This document shows, one piece after another, positions 25,848 to 38,700 of a DNA stretch of 64,000 nucleotides. The translations under genes were made by a program, and so were the position numbers. Numbering within the stretch: position 1 is the stretch's first letter; each line of letters begins with the position of its first letter. Source of the DNA: Botryllus schlosseri (lineage: Eukaryota); NCBI GenBank assembly GCA_051294905.1, contig CM119371.1:29948001-30012000 (forward strand), in the 5' to 3' direction. The notes beneath the pieces are model-generated. The model was not told the origin of the DNA and made no database searches. It was given only the letters and a program-made list of their open reading frames with translations.

Positions 25848-26888
25848 GTTTGCTTTGTCTCTTATTTCTGCTACGTACCAGTGCCCGACCGATTGTAATG
25901 TTTTGTTCGCCGATGATATCTAGTGCTCTGGGCACAATGATTTGAGTACTTGTATCTGAATAGAGTATTGACTCTGATGTTCGAGTACTGTAACCCTTAA
26001 CACGGGATGACTTTGAGACTGCCGGGCATCTTCGGCCAAACACCAATATTCTTCGTTTCTATTATAGGCAATGAGTAAAATATCGATGTACAAGTATTTT
26101 GGACTGTCATTTAGTAACGATCTGCTCCAATAGAGTATTATTATTGCAAATTTGAAGTTTAAAACAGCATTTAAACATATTTACACCTCTTTTTATAATG
26201 ACCGGCGAGATAAGAAATTTTCACAAACCTTGGTTACCACAGATTTTTTTTCCAAAATGATCGAAAACTTGGAATTTTTGGTTTGTTTCCTGCTCAATCC
26301 ACGGCTGTAACCGTTCGCCCATAGCAAAACAGAAGGCAGAAAATCGTAACGTGTCATAAAATAATTTAGCTTTGAGTCAGAAAACTGGTACAGAGTCACC
26401 TTCAGTGTTACGTTACTGACATTATACGATCCATCGCACTTAAACTAGCTTTTCTAAATTTGATTTGAATTAGAATTATACCTATGCAGGCCTTTTTCAA
26501 TTAGAGTATAATTACTGAATTTGCAAAAACTTGTAAATTCAATTACTGGCATTTCGCTCTAATAAATCTAATTCTAGACAACTAGAATTATCTAGTTGCG
26601 TAAGTCTGGAGTAGTGGGCAAATCAAACTGTCGGTGGGTTCCGGTACGAATCCGGACCTGCCATATCAACCCTATCCGTGTCCCCCTGCTATTTATTAGA
26701 CGGGCTGATTTTAGATCGAATGCTGTGCCTGGTGGTGGCATGCCATTTTGTGTCTTTCTTGCAATAGTTTTTTTCTCAGGTATTTGTCTAACGCGGTTGT
26801 TTGCTGACAGATTTCGCTGGCGAGTCACACAATTTGCAAAACGTTTCTTTTTGCATTTTTTTGTGCCTCACCAATTTTTGCGTTTCAG

Positions 26889-27023
26889 GCGTGTCCGTGG
26901 ATTCTATTCCTACAGCGCACATTCAAGAGAAGGAAGTCATCATTGTGGAACGGACCCCGTCGCAGGGTAGCCTTGCCGTAAACCCGGAGGCCGGCGATCA
27001 CGCCGGGCCCAAAAGTAAGAATG
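26889..27023 (+). CDS. PPP1R9A: Neurabin exon (VSVDSIPTAHIQEKEVIIVERTPSQGSLAVNPEAGDHAGPKSKN)
   Basis: tttcag acceptor; two in-frame phase-1 donors (GTAAGA at 27015, GTAATG at 27024). Confidence 0.8.
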
Positions 27024-28925
27024 GTAATGCATCGTTCCTGTTGATTTCCATTATATTTTAGTTTGTAAATTTTTATTTCAATACTGTATCATGGATTTCT
27101 TTCATCATTTCCATACTATTTCAATCTTTGCTACAACTTAATTTTAATTTCGATACTTTGAATATAACGCCGGAACCAAAAATAAGAATGATAATGCATC
27201 GCTCCTGTAGTTCTTTGTATTTTTAATTTTTTTAATATTGTAATTATAATTTCAATACATTAATTGAACCATTGCGATTTTACTGCTGCATACGCTTGAC
27301 TAGCAATTATTTCCTGATGCCGATACTGTTGTAGGGTTGTAGCCAAAATAAGACTTAGGCTATAGATTTAAAACGCACAGTTTGAAAAACATTCAATTTG
27401 TGAAGTCACGTTGACTAGTTCCGCGAAAATGTATAATTTTTAGTCATTTTCCATGATCGTGCTGCCACAGCTAAAGTATAATGCGATATGTGGTCATAGA
27501 AATGTCAAGAAGTTACTAAACACACATCTTCCGTCCATTGTATGTCGAATGCAGGAAGGCCTGGTGTGCGAGTCTAGTAAGAATATCCCATACAAACATT
27601 GAGGTATAATGCACCGTAAGAATACGCCGTGATAGCAGATATTTCAGCGCATTGTTAAAGTGTTATCAATCACACGAAGCTGTCATGAAGGACATAATGT
27701 AACCTTTCTCCATTGAAACTAACATATATTATGAACCAATACCAATATATGGTGGGGTTCTAATCAAATTGATTTATAGGTATCTATTTTTAAAACAGCT
27801 GAACCTTTTTTTGACCTAATACGTCTGTGTGTATCGTTATTCTAATATTTTTTACGTTTTTCAAAGAAATATTTCTCGATAGAAATTGGTGCAGGAGAAA
27901 TAAAGTGTAAAAGAGACTAAAAATACCACCAAATGTATCTCTACTTTAGAGTCTTATATTTCATCTACGGTATGACTTCATATTCTGAGCTCTCAGCTGG
28001 CTATGTTTCTGTTCATAAAGCGACTTCCCCTCTGTTTCTATAAATTTAAAACTTACTCCTGTAGTTAAGTAGTGCATATCATGTAATATGTGGTTTTTGA
28101 TTTCTGAGATGATGGTTAAATCTCGTTGCTATTCGTTTATCTTGGTTACGAGAATAACCTCCGGTTTGAATTGAACTGAACTTGATTTTCGTTGTGTTTC
28201 TTTTGCCAATTCAGAATTGTGTAGCTATAATTCTAATTTTAATTTAATTCGAAAAAAAGCTGTCTAGCTATCATCCTTATTATAATCTAGTTTGGAAAAG
28301 GGCAGGAAATTTATTAAGCAGGCTAATATTAGAAGGATTAATACAAGAATTAGATTATAAGTAGAATTTCTGAAATTGAATTAATTTTCAAACAAAAATC
28401 AGGCCAAGTTTGTATCAAATCGGAGGTGTTAAAAATAACATTTCCTTCCGATTTCACTGGCTACTTGATAAAATTGTTAGGTTGGTTTCAAAAACGCCGC
28501 ACACCAACTTTGGCTCCATTCCAACCACTAGAAGCGAAGTTATTCGAAGTTGTTTTATTCAGATTTGGATTTGAATAAAATGGTATTTACGGTGACTAAG
28601 TCTTTGATTATTTATTATAAAATCATGGAATTATAAATTTTTCTACCGCAGTAACCTCGCTTCTAGTGGTTGTAGTTGAGCCAAATTTGGTGTGCATCAT
28701 CTCTGCTGACAGCCTAACAATTTTATGGTCCGGCAGAAAAATTTTGAAATTTTATTTTATCGTTTTTTAATGATAAATTCCAAACTTTCTGCTGCACGAA
28801 TCTCGCTTCTACTGGTTGGAATGGAGCCAAAGTTGGTGTGCATTGTTTTTTTTTAACCAACCTAACAATTCTATCAGGTAGCCAGTGAAGTTTTATTTTG
28901 AACAGCCCTACTGTGCAGTGTACAC

Positions 28926-29439
28926 TAGGGCTCTTCAAAAATGACTTTTTTTCTCAAATCGTACTGGCTACTTGATTAAATTGTTAGGTTACCTAATTTA
29001 AGCCTACACACAAAATTTGGTTCAATTCCAACCAGTGGAAGCGGAGTTATTGCCGTCGAAAAATTTGGATTTGAATCAAATAGTATTTACGATGACCGAT
29101 TCTTTGTTTATTTATTATAGTTGTGCTCACCGTAAACACTATTTGATTCTAATCCAAATTTTTCGACGGCAATAACTCCGCTTCCACTGATTGGAATTGA
29201 ACCAAATTTGGTGAACATTGTTTCTATAGACAGCCTAACACTTTCATGGGGTGAACAGAAAATTTTCAAATTTTTGTTATTTATTTTATATAATAAATAA
29301 AAACTTTCTTCTCCTGTAGCAAAGCGGCTACTGGCTAGAATTGAACCAAATTTTGTGTGTAGGCTAAAATTAGGTAACCTAACAATTTTATCAAGTAGCC
29401 AGTACGATTTGAGAAAAAAGTCAGTTTTGAAGAGCCCTA
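28926..29439. mobile_element. Palindromic TAGGG-ended hAT-type MITE
   Basis: TAGGGCTCTTCAAAA...TTTTGAAGAGCCCTA; TSD GTGTACAC/CTGTACAC. Confidence 0.9.
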
Positions 29440-29670
29440 CTGTACACTGTTCAGTACACTGCACACCTTGGATCGTTTCGCGCAATACAGTCCTCCTGTA
29501 GCATTTTCAGGGAAACCAAAATTAGAAATGAAATTGTAGCTTAGAAACATTTCACAAATTCGATCGCACTCTACTCTCTTTAATCAATTTAATCAGACAT
29601 GGAATTCTCCAGTTTTCCAAGTCTGCCTCTGGCAGTACGTCACATTCACCGAGACTCCATTTTTATGCAG

Positions 29671-30113
29671 CGCGACGCCACATCAGCGACATCATCTCCA
29701 CGTTCGAGAGCAAGTCCAAACCTTCGGACCGCCCGGCCCGCACCAAATCCACAGACCCGCCCGTCAAACGCCCGGCCACGCCCATGACACGCCCGTCAAA
29801 CACCTTCTTCCTGGCCGACCAATCGGCCGCCACTTCTCTTGAACCCAAAAAGACGAGAGAACCCCCCGTTTCGAAATCGGAAGTCAAGGAGAAAAAGCAA
29901 GAGACTGGGGCTTTGTCGGAGAGCACGGACTCTGTTTTCGAGCGCGGGGATGGGGCGGAGGAGGTGAAGAGTCCTAAAAAGGACGAGCCCACGATTGGGG
30001 AGGAGGGGCCGAAAAAGGCATCGCCCTATGCAACTGTGGAACTGTACAGTCATTCGACGGTTGTTGAGGATGAGGCCAGTGAGCAGATAAACAGTGACGA
30101 GCCACACTATATG
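29671..30113 (+). CDS. PPP1R9A: Neurabin exon (RRHISDIISTFESK...SPYATV...DEPHYM)
   Basis: ttttatgcag acceptor, ATG|GTGAGC donor, GC-rich open frame, phase 1 to 0. Confidence 0.88.
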
Positions 30114-31199
30114 GTGAGCATGTGGCGGTCTTCGCTAAATCAGGAGTTTGTTAAACTTTTTTGATCGTATGGGCTTCACTTTACGGGTCAGCTTTCCAAA
30201 TTATTTGAAGAGACACTTCAAACTTCAATATCGAAATCAATATTATATTCGTATTGAAATAAACCCGAATATTAACGGCTGACACTCGTCAGGGGTAATC
30301 GTCAGCAACCAGTAGATAATTGAAGAGAACATTGTTTATTAACAATCATATTTCCAAGTTTGATTACAAATAGAATTTTTTTTTTCTGAATTAGATTAAT
30401 AGCTGACTGATGGTAGAGATTTTGGAAGAACGCTAAATAAAGCAGTTTAGTTTAAAATAAGCTATTTGCCTGTGCCCAACATCACTATTCCTCACTAGCT
30501 GAAGCGGCTTCGGCGGTGGCAACAGCATTCTATCGAGGATGAATCAGGTTATATGAATGGGCAATGGGCATATTGCTTTAACGTGCAATGACCCAGGCAC
30601 TGCCTAGGCCGATACGCTTAGAAAACGCCTTAGGGCTTCCCCACAAAATCATGCTTTACGGTGAGATAGTCTTTCAGCTAGTAAAGTGTCTCACTAACCC
30701 CAATATTGAATCCTCAGTCGCTATAAAGCGTTGTCAGATATCGTGCCCGGCACATATTTCAAAATAAAATGATTTTGATGATCATGTATTTCTTGTTGTA
30801 TTTAATAAAATATAACTTCATTTGTGGTAACTATGCCTGTCGCCCATGTTAGAGAGCACAGCGTTGTACTAACATAGAGTTTTAAAAATGTGGTTGCTCA
30901 ACTGTGTGGCCTATTTTGTCTTGATATTGCATTCTTGCGGCATGCGACCTGTTTTAATTTGATCGTATCTTGTATAACAATATGTGTAATCTATGTGCGG
31001 ATATGTAGATATACGCAGTAAACACAATACCTGTATCTCATTGATACGGGGTTCGAAATCTTTCTGTGGCCATTCTTTGCTCTGTATTGCTTTGTCTTTG
31101 CGATGATGCGACTTTACACCGGGATAATCCGGCTTTAACGGGCCGTAATCTTTCGACGCAACCGAACATTTATCAGTTTGCCGTCATTTGCACTCGTAG

Positions 31200-31288
31200 G
31201 TCCCGCGAACGCCAGCGCAGCACGTCGAGAGGAAAGAGTCGTCGGAAAGTTCAAAGCCTTCTGCGGGCTCGGATTCGTTGTTTGAAAA
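31200..31288 (+). CDS. PPP1R9A: Neurabin exon (VPRTPAQHVERKESSESSKPSAGSDSLFEK)
   Basis: ctcgtag acceptor, AA|GTATGT donor; phase 0 to 2 bridges exactly to the exon at 32682. Confidence 0.8.
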
Positions 31289-31825
31289 GTATGTTTGCAG
31301 TTTCTTTTTTGTACCGTTACTTGCAACCTCGTCTGTGTGTGGGTGTGTGTAGCATTTGCATTGTAGGCCTATATTGTGTGCTGGGCATTAGAGTGTAGGC
31401 CTACTGTACAGTGTACAGTTTTGTTGTTACTAGTGAATTCGGCATTTGGCTCATAACTGGACAACCACCAAATTTTCAGCTGTTTCTAAATTGGATTTTA
31501 GCCTTGTTAGAATTGTAGCTACATAGTTTTTTCGGAATTAGATTTGAATAAGAATTTCTGTATTCGCTAAAACTTGGATTAAATTCCAAAGCCCAGTTCA
31601 TATCATTATGCATTGTCATAATACTGAGAATAGCAATATGTCTGTACACCAAACTTGGTTAATTTCGCTCTATACAGTTATCATGTAGTGCAGTGCTACG
31701 CAGTAACGCACGTTGTTGGGAATGGCATGCCTGTGAAATCGTGATCGACCCACAGTAGGCTATTGTCACAAAGTTCATTGAAATGGGTATGGTAGAAGAA
31801 ACGCAAAATAATCTTGACATTTGTA

Positions 31826-32384
31826 CAGGGTTGCAATGACTCGAGTCGCGATTTTTGGTGACTTTACGACTTGACCAGAGTCTTTTTCAAATGCGCAAAA
31901 TGACTAGACTCTAGTCAAATTTGTGTATAGACTCGACTTGTACTCGAGTCATTGTGCATGTCGCGAACCATGTCATAGGATTCGAGACTAGGACGGCGAA
32001 AACAAGACATTTCAATGTAACTTCAAAGAATAGTAAAGTCGCCAGATTATTGGTATTTCGTCTATCAGTCCTGATATTTGGAAAATAGGGGCCAGAAACT
32101 GTTCAGACTGGGGAAATTATGATATTATGAATGTGATCCATTCAATATCACTCGAGCATAGCTAAAAAAGTGGGTTGAACCCGATTGAACTCAAAACTGA
32201 TCAGTGAACACAATGACTTGGACCCGGACTCGAGTCACAACACTATGACTAGGACTCGACACTCTACTCACTGACTCGGACTCGGTGGTGAATTGACAAT
32301 GACAATGACAACTTGACTCGAGTCAAAACTGTAAAAGTGAGATTGACTTGTGACTCGGAGCCTTGCGACTTGGTTACAGCCCAG
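31826..32384. mobile_element. GACTCGAGTC-family hAT MITE (long form)
   Basis: CAGGGTTGCAA...TTACAGCCCAG; TSD CATTTGTA/CGTTTGTA. Confidence 0.88.
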
Positions 32385-32681
32385 CGTTTGTATTAGTTTC
32401 TAAAAGTCTTTTAAATCCTGACACCGGAAATAATGAGATTTGGAACTGGATACGTCTCTAGTTGAATGCATCATATTAACAACAATTTTGATGTCATGTA
32501 GAGGTGTCACCATATTCTTTGTGGTCGTGCAAAAGTCACATATAAAATATGGTCTTTCCACGACATTCATACTATTGTGACATCATGATGAGTGTTACTC
32601 ATACTTGACTCGAAGCCTATTACTCTGGCACGATACAGACGTGCTCATTTTGTGTTTACCGAGGCAACACTTTCCGTTTAG

Positions 32682-32961
32682 ATCGGAGATGTCCCAGCAG
32701 TCGCCTTTGGGATCTAGCGTTTTCAAAGCCCTGGGTCTACCGGACGAACCCAAGACCGCGCAGGAAGCCGAGCCCGAGGAAACGCTCGAAAACGAGAAAA
32801 ACTCTGTGAACACGCTGGACACTTCGGCGACGTCAGAACTGATAGACAGCGTACGGCTGATTTCGAACTCCGCGAGCCCGCTCATCTACGACCAACCGCA
32901 AGATGATGATATTGAATACAGCGATCACGAGTCTGATGACGATGGGCCTACTAGTTACGAT
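32682..32961 (+). CDS. PPP1R9A: Neurabin exon (SEMSQQSPLGSS...YDQPQDDDIEYSDHESDDDGPTSYD)
   Basis: tttccgtttag acceptor, GAT|GTGAGA donor, phase 2 to 0. Confidence 0.85.
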
Positions 32962-33107
32962 GTGAGATTGAGTGTTTTGCGTTTTATATAGAGTATTAGA
33001 ATTATATTCTGTTAGCTGCTAAGATTAAATTCATCAACGAGAATTATAGTTTCGATGCTATTATCCGCTGTGGGAGCCTTCACACCTCCAGCAGTCATAT
33101 CCTAGCA

Positions 33108-33472
33108 CAATGGCTCCCAACCTTTTTTGACTCACGGCCCCCTTATCAAACTCAACACAAGTTTTCGTCCCCCGTATAAACGGGGAAGTTATTCCCCTAA
33201 CTCTGATCGCTGGTGAATTGGCTGAAAGAAAGGGGCATTTTTCCGAGTACGGGCTCGGAAAACAGGTTTTCTCGTCTACTTTCCGTTGAGTTGACCTTTT
33301 TTATCGTCCTGCGCAGGATAAGATGTCTTCACGTGGATATTTTGGCAGCGGTATTTAATTATATCTCATTGGACATTCTAACGAAGTCGACCCCTTTGGT
33401 GTTTTGCCCCCGCCCCCTTGATTCTCAAAATCGCCCACTGATGGGTGATATCGCCCACGTTGGGAACCACTG
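33108..33472. mobile_element. hAT MITE
   Basis: CAATGGCTCCCAAC...GTTGGGAACCACTG; perfect TSD TCCTAGCA. Confidence 0.9.
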
Positions 33473-33925
33473 TCCTAGCATATGAAACATGGAATAGTAT
33501 ATTCATATTGAAATGAACCCGAATATTTTCGGCTGACCCTCGTCAGGGGTAATCGTCAACAACTAGTAGAGAATTGGAAAGAACATCGTATATCAACAAT
33601 CTTATTACTAAATATGACGTCACCGGCATGAAATTTCGAATAAGAGAGCGTTTATTGTACTATTTTTTGACGGCACTAGTTTCGGGATAGGTTTGCGTCA
33701 CTTTTTTTCGGTTAAATTGTTGTTATGACAAAGCGAAATAGCCTCTATCACGGTGATTGAATATATTTCCAAATACAGGACCTGTTTAACATCATTAGTT
33801 CATTTTGCATTAGTCGGGAGTCTCTTACTATGATCCTATTTAAGTAAAATATCTATGGTTGGCTTCTTGAGCCAGCTTTGAACGCGAAATTCGTTTGAGC
33901 GTTACTGGTTTTTGTTGAATTTCAG

Positions 33926-34025
33926 ATGAACGCCGCCACGTATTCGTTTGACGACGCGATGCCGGCAGAACCAGAGTCGTCGGATCAAAGTGAAAGCGAA
34001 GAGGAAGAACAAGAACAAGAGGAAG
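33926..34025 (+). CDS. PPP1R9A: Neurabin acidic exon (MNAATYSFDDAMPAEPESSDQSESEEEEQEQEE)
   Basis: tttcag acceptor, G|GTTCGT donor, phase 0 to 1. Confidence 0.85.
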
Positions 34026-34086
34026 GTTCGTCTATGGGGATGATACGACCTGCGCCACCGATTCCCAAATTATGGTGTATACACAG

Positions 34087-35268
34087 TAGGGCTCTTCAAA
34101 AATGACTTTTTTTCTCAAATCGTACTGGCTACATGATAAAATTGTTAGGTTACCTAATTTAAGCCTACACACTAAATTTGGTTCAATTCCAACCAGTAGC
34201 CGCATTGCTACCAGTGATGAGCGGATAGTGCTTTTCGAGACTCCGAATCCCTCCGACAACTTTAGTATCGGAGGAAAACTCCCTCCGACTCCGAAGAGCT
34301 CAATCCCAGACTCCGAGATGCTCCGGTGAATCTCGTCAAGTATCCGAAACAGTGGCAAGCATGGTACTTGGTACACATGGTACAACATGGTACATGTGAT
34401 AATATGGTTGGGCTCATAGTATTGTTTACTCTCCAGTTCCAAATTGAAGTGTAGATGGCTGATTTTTATGCACTTGGCAATCATTTTTGCATGTTACCCG
34501 TCATATTACAACCTAACAAGGCGTCAACTGTCTCTGTTTTGGTTTGTAATGATAATCAGTAGTGTATTCTGGTCAGAGATATCCAAAGATATCGGAGACA
34601 AAAGTTACAATACTCCGAGATTCTCAGAAAAAGATCTGTAGTAAACTCCGACTCCGCTCCGACTGTCACAAAATCGGCAAAACTCCGCTCCGAATCCACT
34701 CCGACTCCGCTCCGATGCTCATCACTAATTGCTACAGGAGAGGAAAGTTTCTTTTTATTATATAAAAGTAAATACCAAAAGATTTGAAAATCTTCTGTTT
34801 ACCCCATGAAAGTGTTAGGTTGTGTATAGAAACGTTGTTCACCAAATTTGGTTCAATTCCAATCAGTGGAAGCGGAATTATTGCAGTCGAAAAATTTGGA
34901 TTTGAAAAAAGTAGCATTTACGGTAATAAATAATTGAAGAATTGGTCACCGTAAATACTACCGCATTTTATTCATAATCCAAATTTTTCGACGGTCATAA
35001 CTCCACTTCCTCTGGTTGGAATTGAACCAAATTTGGTGAACATAGTTTCTATACTCAACTTAACACTTTCATGGGGTGAATAGAAGATTTTCAAATTTTT
35101 TGGTATTTACTTTTATATAATAAATAGAAACTTTCTTCTCCTGTAGCAATGCGGCTACTGGTTGGAATTAAGCCAAATTTGGTGCGTAGGCTTAAATTAG
35201 GTCACCTAACAATTTTATCAAGTAGCCAGTACGATTTGAGAAAAAAAAGTCATTTTTGAAGAGCCCTA
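34087..35268. mobile_element. Palindromic TAGGG-ended hAT-type MITE carrying a nested insertion
   Basis: Same TIR as 28926; perfect TSD ATACACAG. Confidence 0.92.
34212..34727. mobile_element. Nested hAT MITE (CTCCGA-rich)
   Basis: CAGTGATGAGC...GCTCATCACTA; perfect 8-bp TSD ATTGCTAC. Confidence 0.9.
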
Positions 35269-35376
35269 ATACACAGCTGCACATTAGAGATGGGCGCTAT
35301 GATTTGAGCACTCTATTCTGAAACGAGTAATTATCGTAATGATTTGGGTATAGTAGTGACGGACTATGTTTTCTAG

Positions 35377-35812
35377 CAGGGTGTAACCAAGTCACAAGTC
35401 AATCTCACTTTTATAGATTTGACTCGAGTTGAGTCGAGTCATTTTTAATTCAATACTGACTCAAGTCCAAGTCCAAGCCAGTGTGTTGAGGGTTGAGTTC
35501 CAGTCATAGTGTCGTGACTCGGGTCGGAGTCCAGGTCATTGTGTTGACTGATCCGTTTTGAGCTCAATTCGGTTCAACCCACTTTTTTCAACTCTGCTCG
35601 AGTGATATAGAATGGCTCGCATTCATAGTATCGTAATTTTCCCCAGTCCTAACAGTTTCTGGCCCTATTTTCCAAGTATCAGGACTGACAGACGAAATAC
35701 TATAATATGGTGACTTTACTATTCTTCGAAGTCACAATGAAATGTCTTGGCCGTCCTAGTCTCGAGTCATATGACTTGGTTCTAGTCATGCACAATGAGT
35801 CGAGTCATTTTA
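35377..35812. repeat. Truncated GACTCGAGTC-family hAT MITE
   Basis: Starts CAGGGTGTAACCAAGTC; inverted relative to 31826-32384. Confidence 0.8.
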
Positions 35813-36009
35813 CGCATCAACTATTGTTGATATACGATGTTGTTTCCAATTCGCTACTAGTTGCTGACGATTACCCCTGACGAATGTCAGCCGAAAATAT
35901 TCTGGTTCTTTTCAAAATGAATATACTATTCGATTAGTTTTACGCCTGCCATGCAGCAACTCTCCGCGTTTACCATGTTATTTTAACACCGCTCGTGTTT
36001 GCGTTACAG

Positions 36010-36161
36010 AAGAAGAAACCGGCCCCATACTTACCGACGATAAGGGTTTATACTATTACGAGATAACGGGCATTCCGGACGTGGATTCGGACGACGAGGA
36101 GATCACTCCGATGTTGAAAAAGCGAAACGCAAGGATATCGTTCAGTTCCGCACCGATTTCG
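36010..36161 (+). CDS. PPP1R9A: Neurabin exon carrying the PP1-docking RVxF-type motif (YYEITGIPD...RNARISFSSAPIS)
   Basis: gttacag acceptor, TCG|GTACGG donor; RISFSSAPI corresponds to neurabin KIKFSSAPI. Confidence 0.93.
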
Positions 36162-37403
36162 GTACGGCAGCCTTTACGAATCTTTCAAGATATATCCTAA
36201 ACCGTTTTTGGTTGGGCTATACGCTAGGCCTGTGTAAAAATAACTTTTTATTTCAAATTTTAATGGCTACTTGATAAAATTGTAAGATTGCATAGAATAT
36301 GCTGCACACCAATTTTTGCTCAATTGCAAACTATAGACGCATTGCTATACAAGAAAAAAGTTATAGATTTATTCAATAAATATAAATATAATATTTATTC
36401 GAATTTTATTGACTACCCCATGTAATTGTTAGGTTGTCTGAAAAATAAATGCGCGACAAATCTGGCACAATTCCAAACAGTAGAAACGAAGTTATTGATG
36501 TTCAAAATTTAGGATTTCAAATCACAGTATTTACGGCGAGTAGGTCTATAATAGATAATTGAAAAAATTTGACACCGTAAATAGGCTACTGTTTTTTTCA
36601 AGTCCAAAATTTTGTACTCCAATATCTTCGCTTTACTGGTAGGAATTCAGCCAAATTGGTGGCAGCTGTACACCGTTTCATGGATAAGCCAGTAAGATTT
36701 GAATGATTTTTATATTTATTTTTAATAAATAAATCCAAAATTTTTTACTGTAATAACTTCGCTTCCGCCGGTTGGAATTGAGCCAAAATCGGTGTGCTGC
36801 GTTTTTACGGTGACCTAACAATTTGATCGAGTAGCCAGTAAGATTTAGAAACAAAAGTTATGGCTTCGACCCTAAGATTCTTTGGTCTGGCCTGTCGTGG
36901 ACCAACAATCTAACATTCATTCCGTACTATTGTATATTCCAATCAATTACCTGGGTAGAACGAGTCAAGGCACTCGTTACTATCTGCTTGCGGTTTGAGC
37001 CTGATTTCATGTAAGGTTAATGATTCTATGACATTCCAACTGGTACTCTACCTACTTGTAAATGGCTGTTCAGCATGTCGAATCAATTTCGTTCCCTATT
37101 TGATGATAGTGTCAACATAGTAAATGTTTGAGTACCCTGTTTCCGGGCGTACTAAATCGACGTGTTGGTATTTTTATGATGTGATTTTCGTGATTTGTTT
37201 GCGTAGGATTTGTTTGCTTGTCACATACCATGTTCTGGTATACGGATCCATTCATGTCAAAGTTGTAAAGTCTGTGAAGGGTTTTCTATCTCAGTTTCCA
37301 CTGGAACTTTCAATCAGTGGCATATTATGAATATAAACATCATTTATTTAAAATATACCTATTACTTTGTAAGAGACTAGTGACTACTTCACTCCAACAC
37401 TTA

Positions 37404-38233
37404 CCGTAATTTTCCATGTATAATGCGCAAAGTTTTACCGATTTTTTGCCGAAAAATATAGGGGTGCGTATTATACAGCAAGCCTTGAAAAAAATATCCC
37501 TCGATCAAAAACTTGAAATCACACCTTTCTTCATGTTTGTTTAAATCGCGCATCACCTCTAGTTATTGGGTCCTGTAATTCGTATTATAGAGTGTAACAC
37601 GCTGCCAAATAGAGAAGCTTGTTGCCAATTAACGAAAGCGTGTTTCTAATTAACAAGAGTCCTCTGCAAAGCACACGATCTCTTGCTGAGTTGGTTTGCA
37701 GTTTGTACACGAGCGAAATCAGGTCGCTGATTGCTACAAGCGTGCGCGGCAATCCTTGTTGCTTTATCGCGTCAACGACAGGCCTTAACAATCGCATACA
37801 CAAGAGGTCATGTGCGCAAGATATAATCGCTTGCGTAATCAGCCGCATCTCCAACAGGACTAGTGCGCCCGACATAACCGTTGGCCTGAGCAATCGCATC
37901 AGTAACTGTAATAGGCCTCGTGCGCAAGATGTCGTGTGTCGCTAGCCTGAACTATCGCGTCGCCGACCTCACAGGCTTTGACTACTATCTACTCACGTTT
38001 GGAGACAATGCCGTTAATTGTATTATGATTAGCGATCATTATGTCATGATTGTTCGACAGTGACATCACAAAACAGAACAACATCGAATACTAAACCGCA
38101 ACTATTCATGTACTCATGCACTGCGAATGAGGGGTTCGTACTATACATGCCTTTTTCCCAGAATATACACGTCATTTTAAGGGTGCGTATTATACATGGG
38201 GGGGGGGGGGGCACTATATTCGGAAAATTACTG
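37404..38233 (+). mobile_element. Tc1/mariner (pogo/Tigger-like) non-autonomous element, copy A
   Basis: TA|CCGTAATTTTCC...GGAAAATTACTG termini; homologous to the inverted copy at 39548-40280. Confidence 0.8.
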
Positions 38234-38700
38234 ACTGTTGTTTGGGAAACACAGCTTTTCATGATTTCCACCAAGAAGTGAAGTCCCACAGTGTTCATAA
38301 GACCCAACGATTATGCGCGTTTGTTCACTCGAATAACCCATAAAAACTTTATATAAACTTTGTAAATATTGAGGAATAGATTTATACCCCTCTCCACTGC
38401 GAGTTATATTATCGACGGGAATTACAGTTTCAATGCTTTTTCCAACTCCGCAAGCTTTGAAACTTGCGGCTGGTCGTATCACAGCGTCCAAAACACCTGG
38501 TACAAAGCTCAAATGTTAGCGGAGGTGCCATTTCTGTGTAGTCTGTGAAGATCAACTCTCGCCACATTGTCACAAAGTGTAATGAAATGGTATGGTCCAA
38601 AAACTATCAAATTATTTTTAATACACTGTAGTTCTACCATTATTTTATTTGTGGTCGCATAAAAGGCACATTTTAAACTTTTCACATCATCCAAACCGTA

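Noticed and set aside
29599..29787. ORF MEFSSFPSL... and antisense ORFs over the GC-rich exon
   Set aside because: Shadow frames of the real exon 29671-30113.
38228..38700. Minus-strand ORFs between transposons
   Set aside because: No motif recognised with confidence; possibly a decayed transposon fragment.
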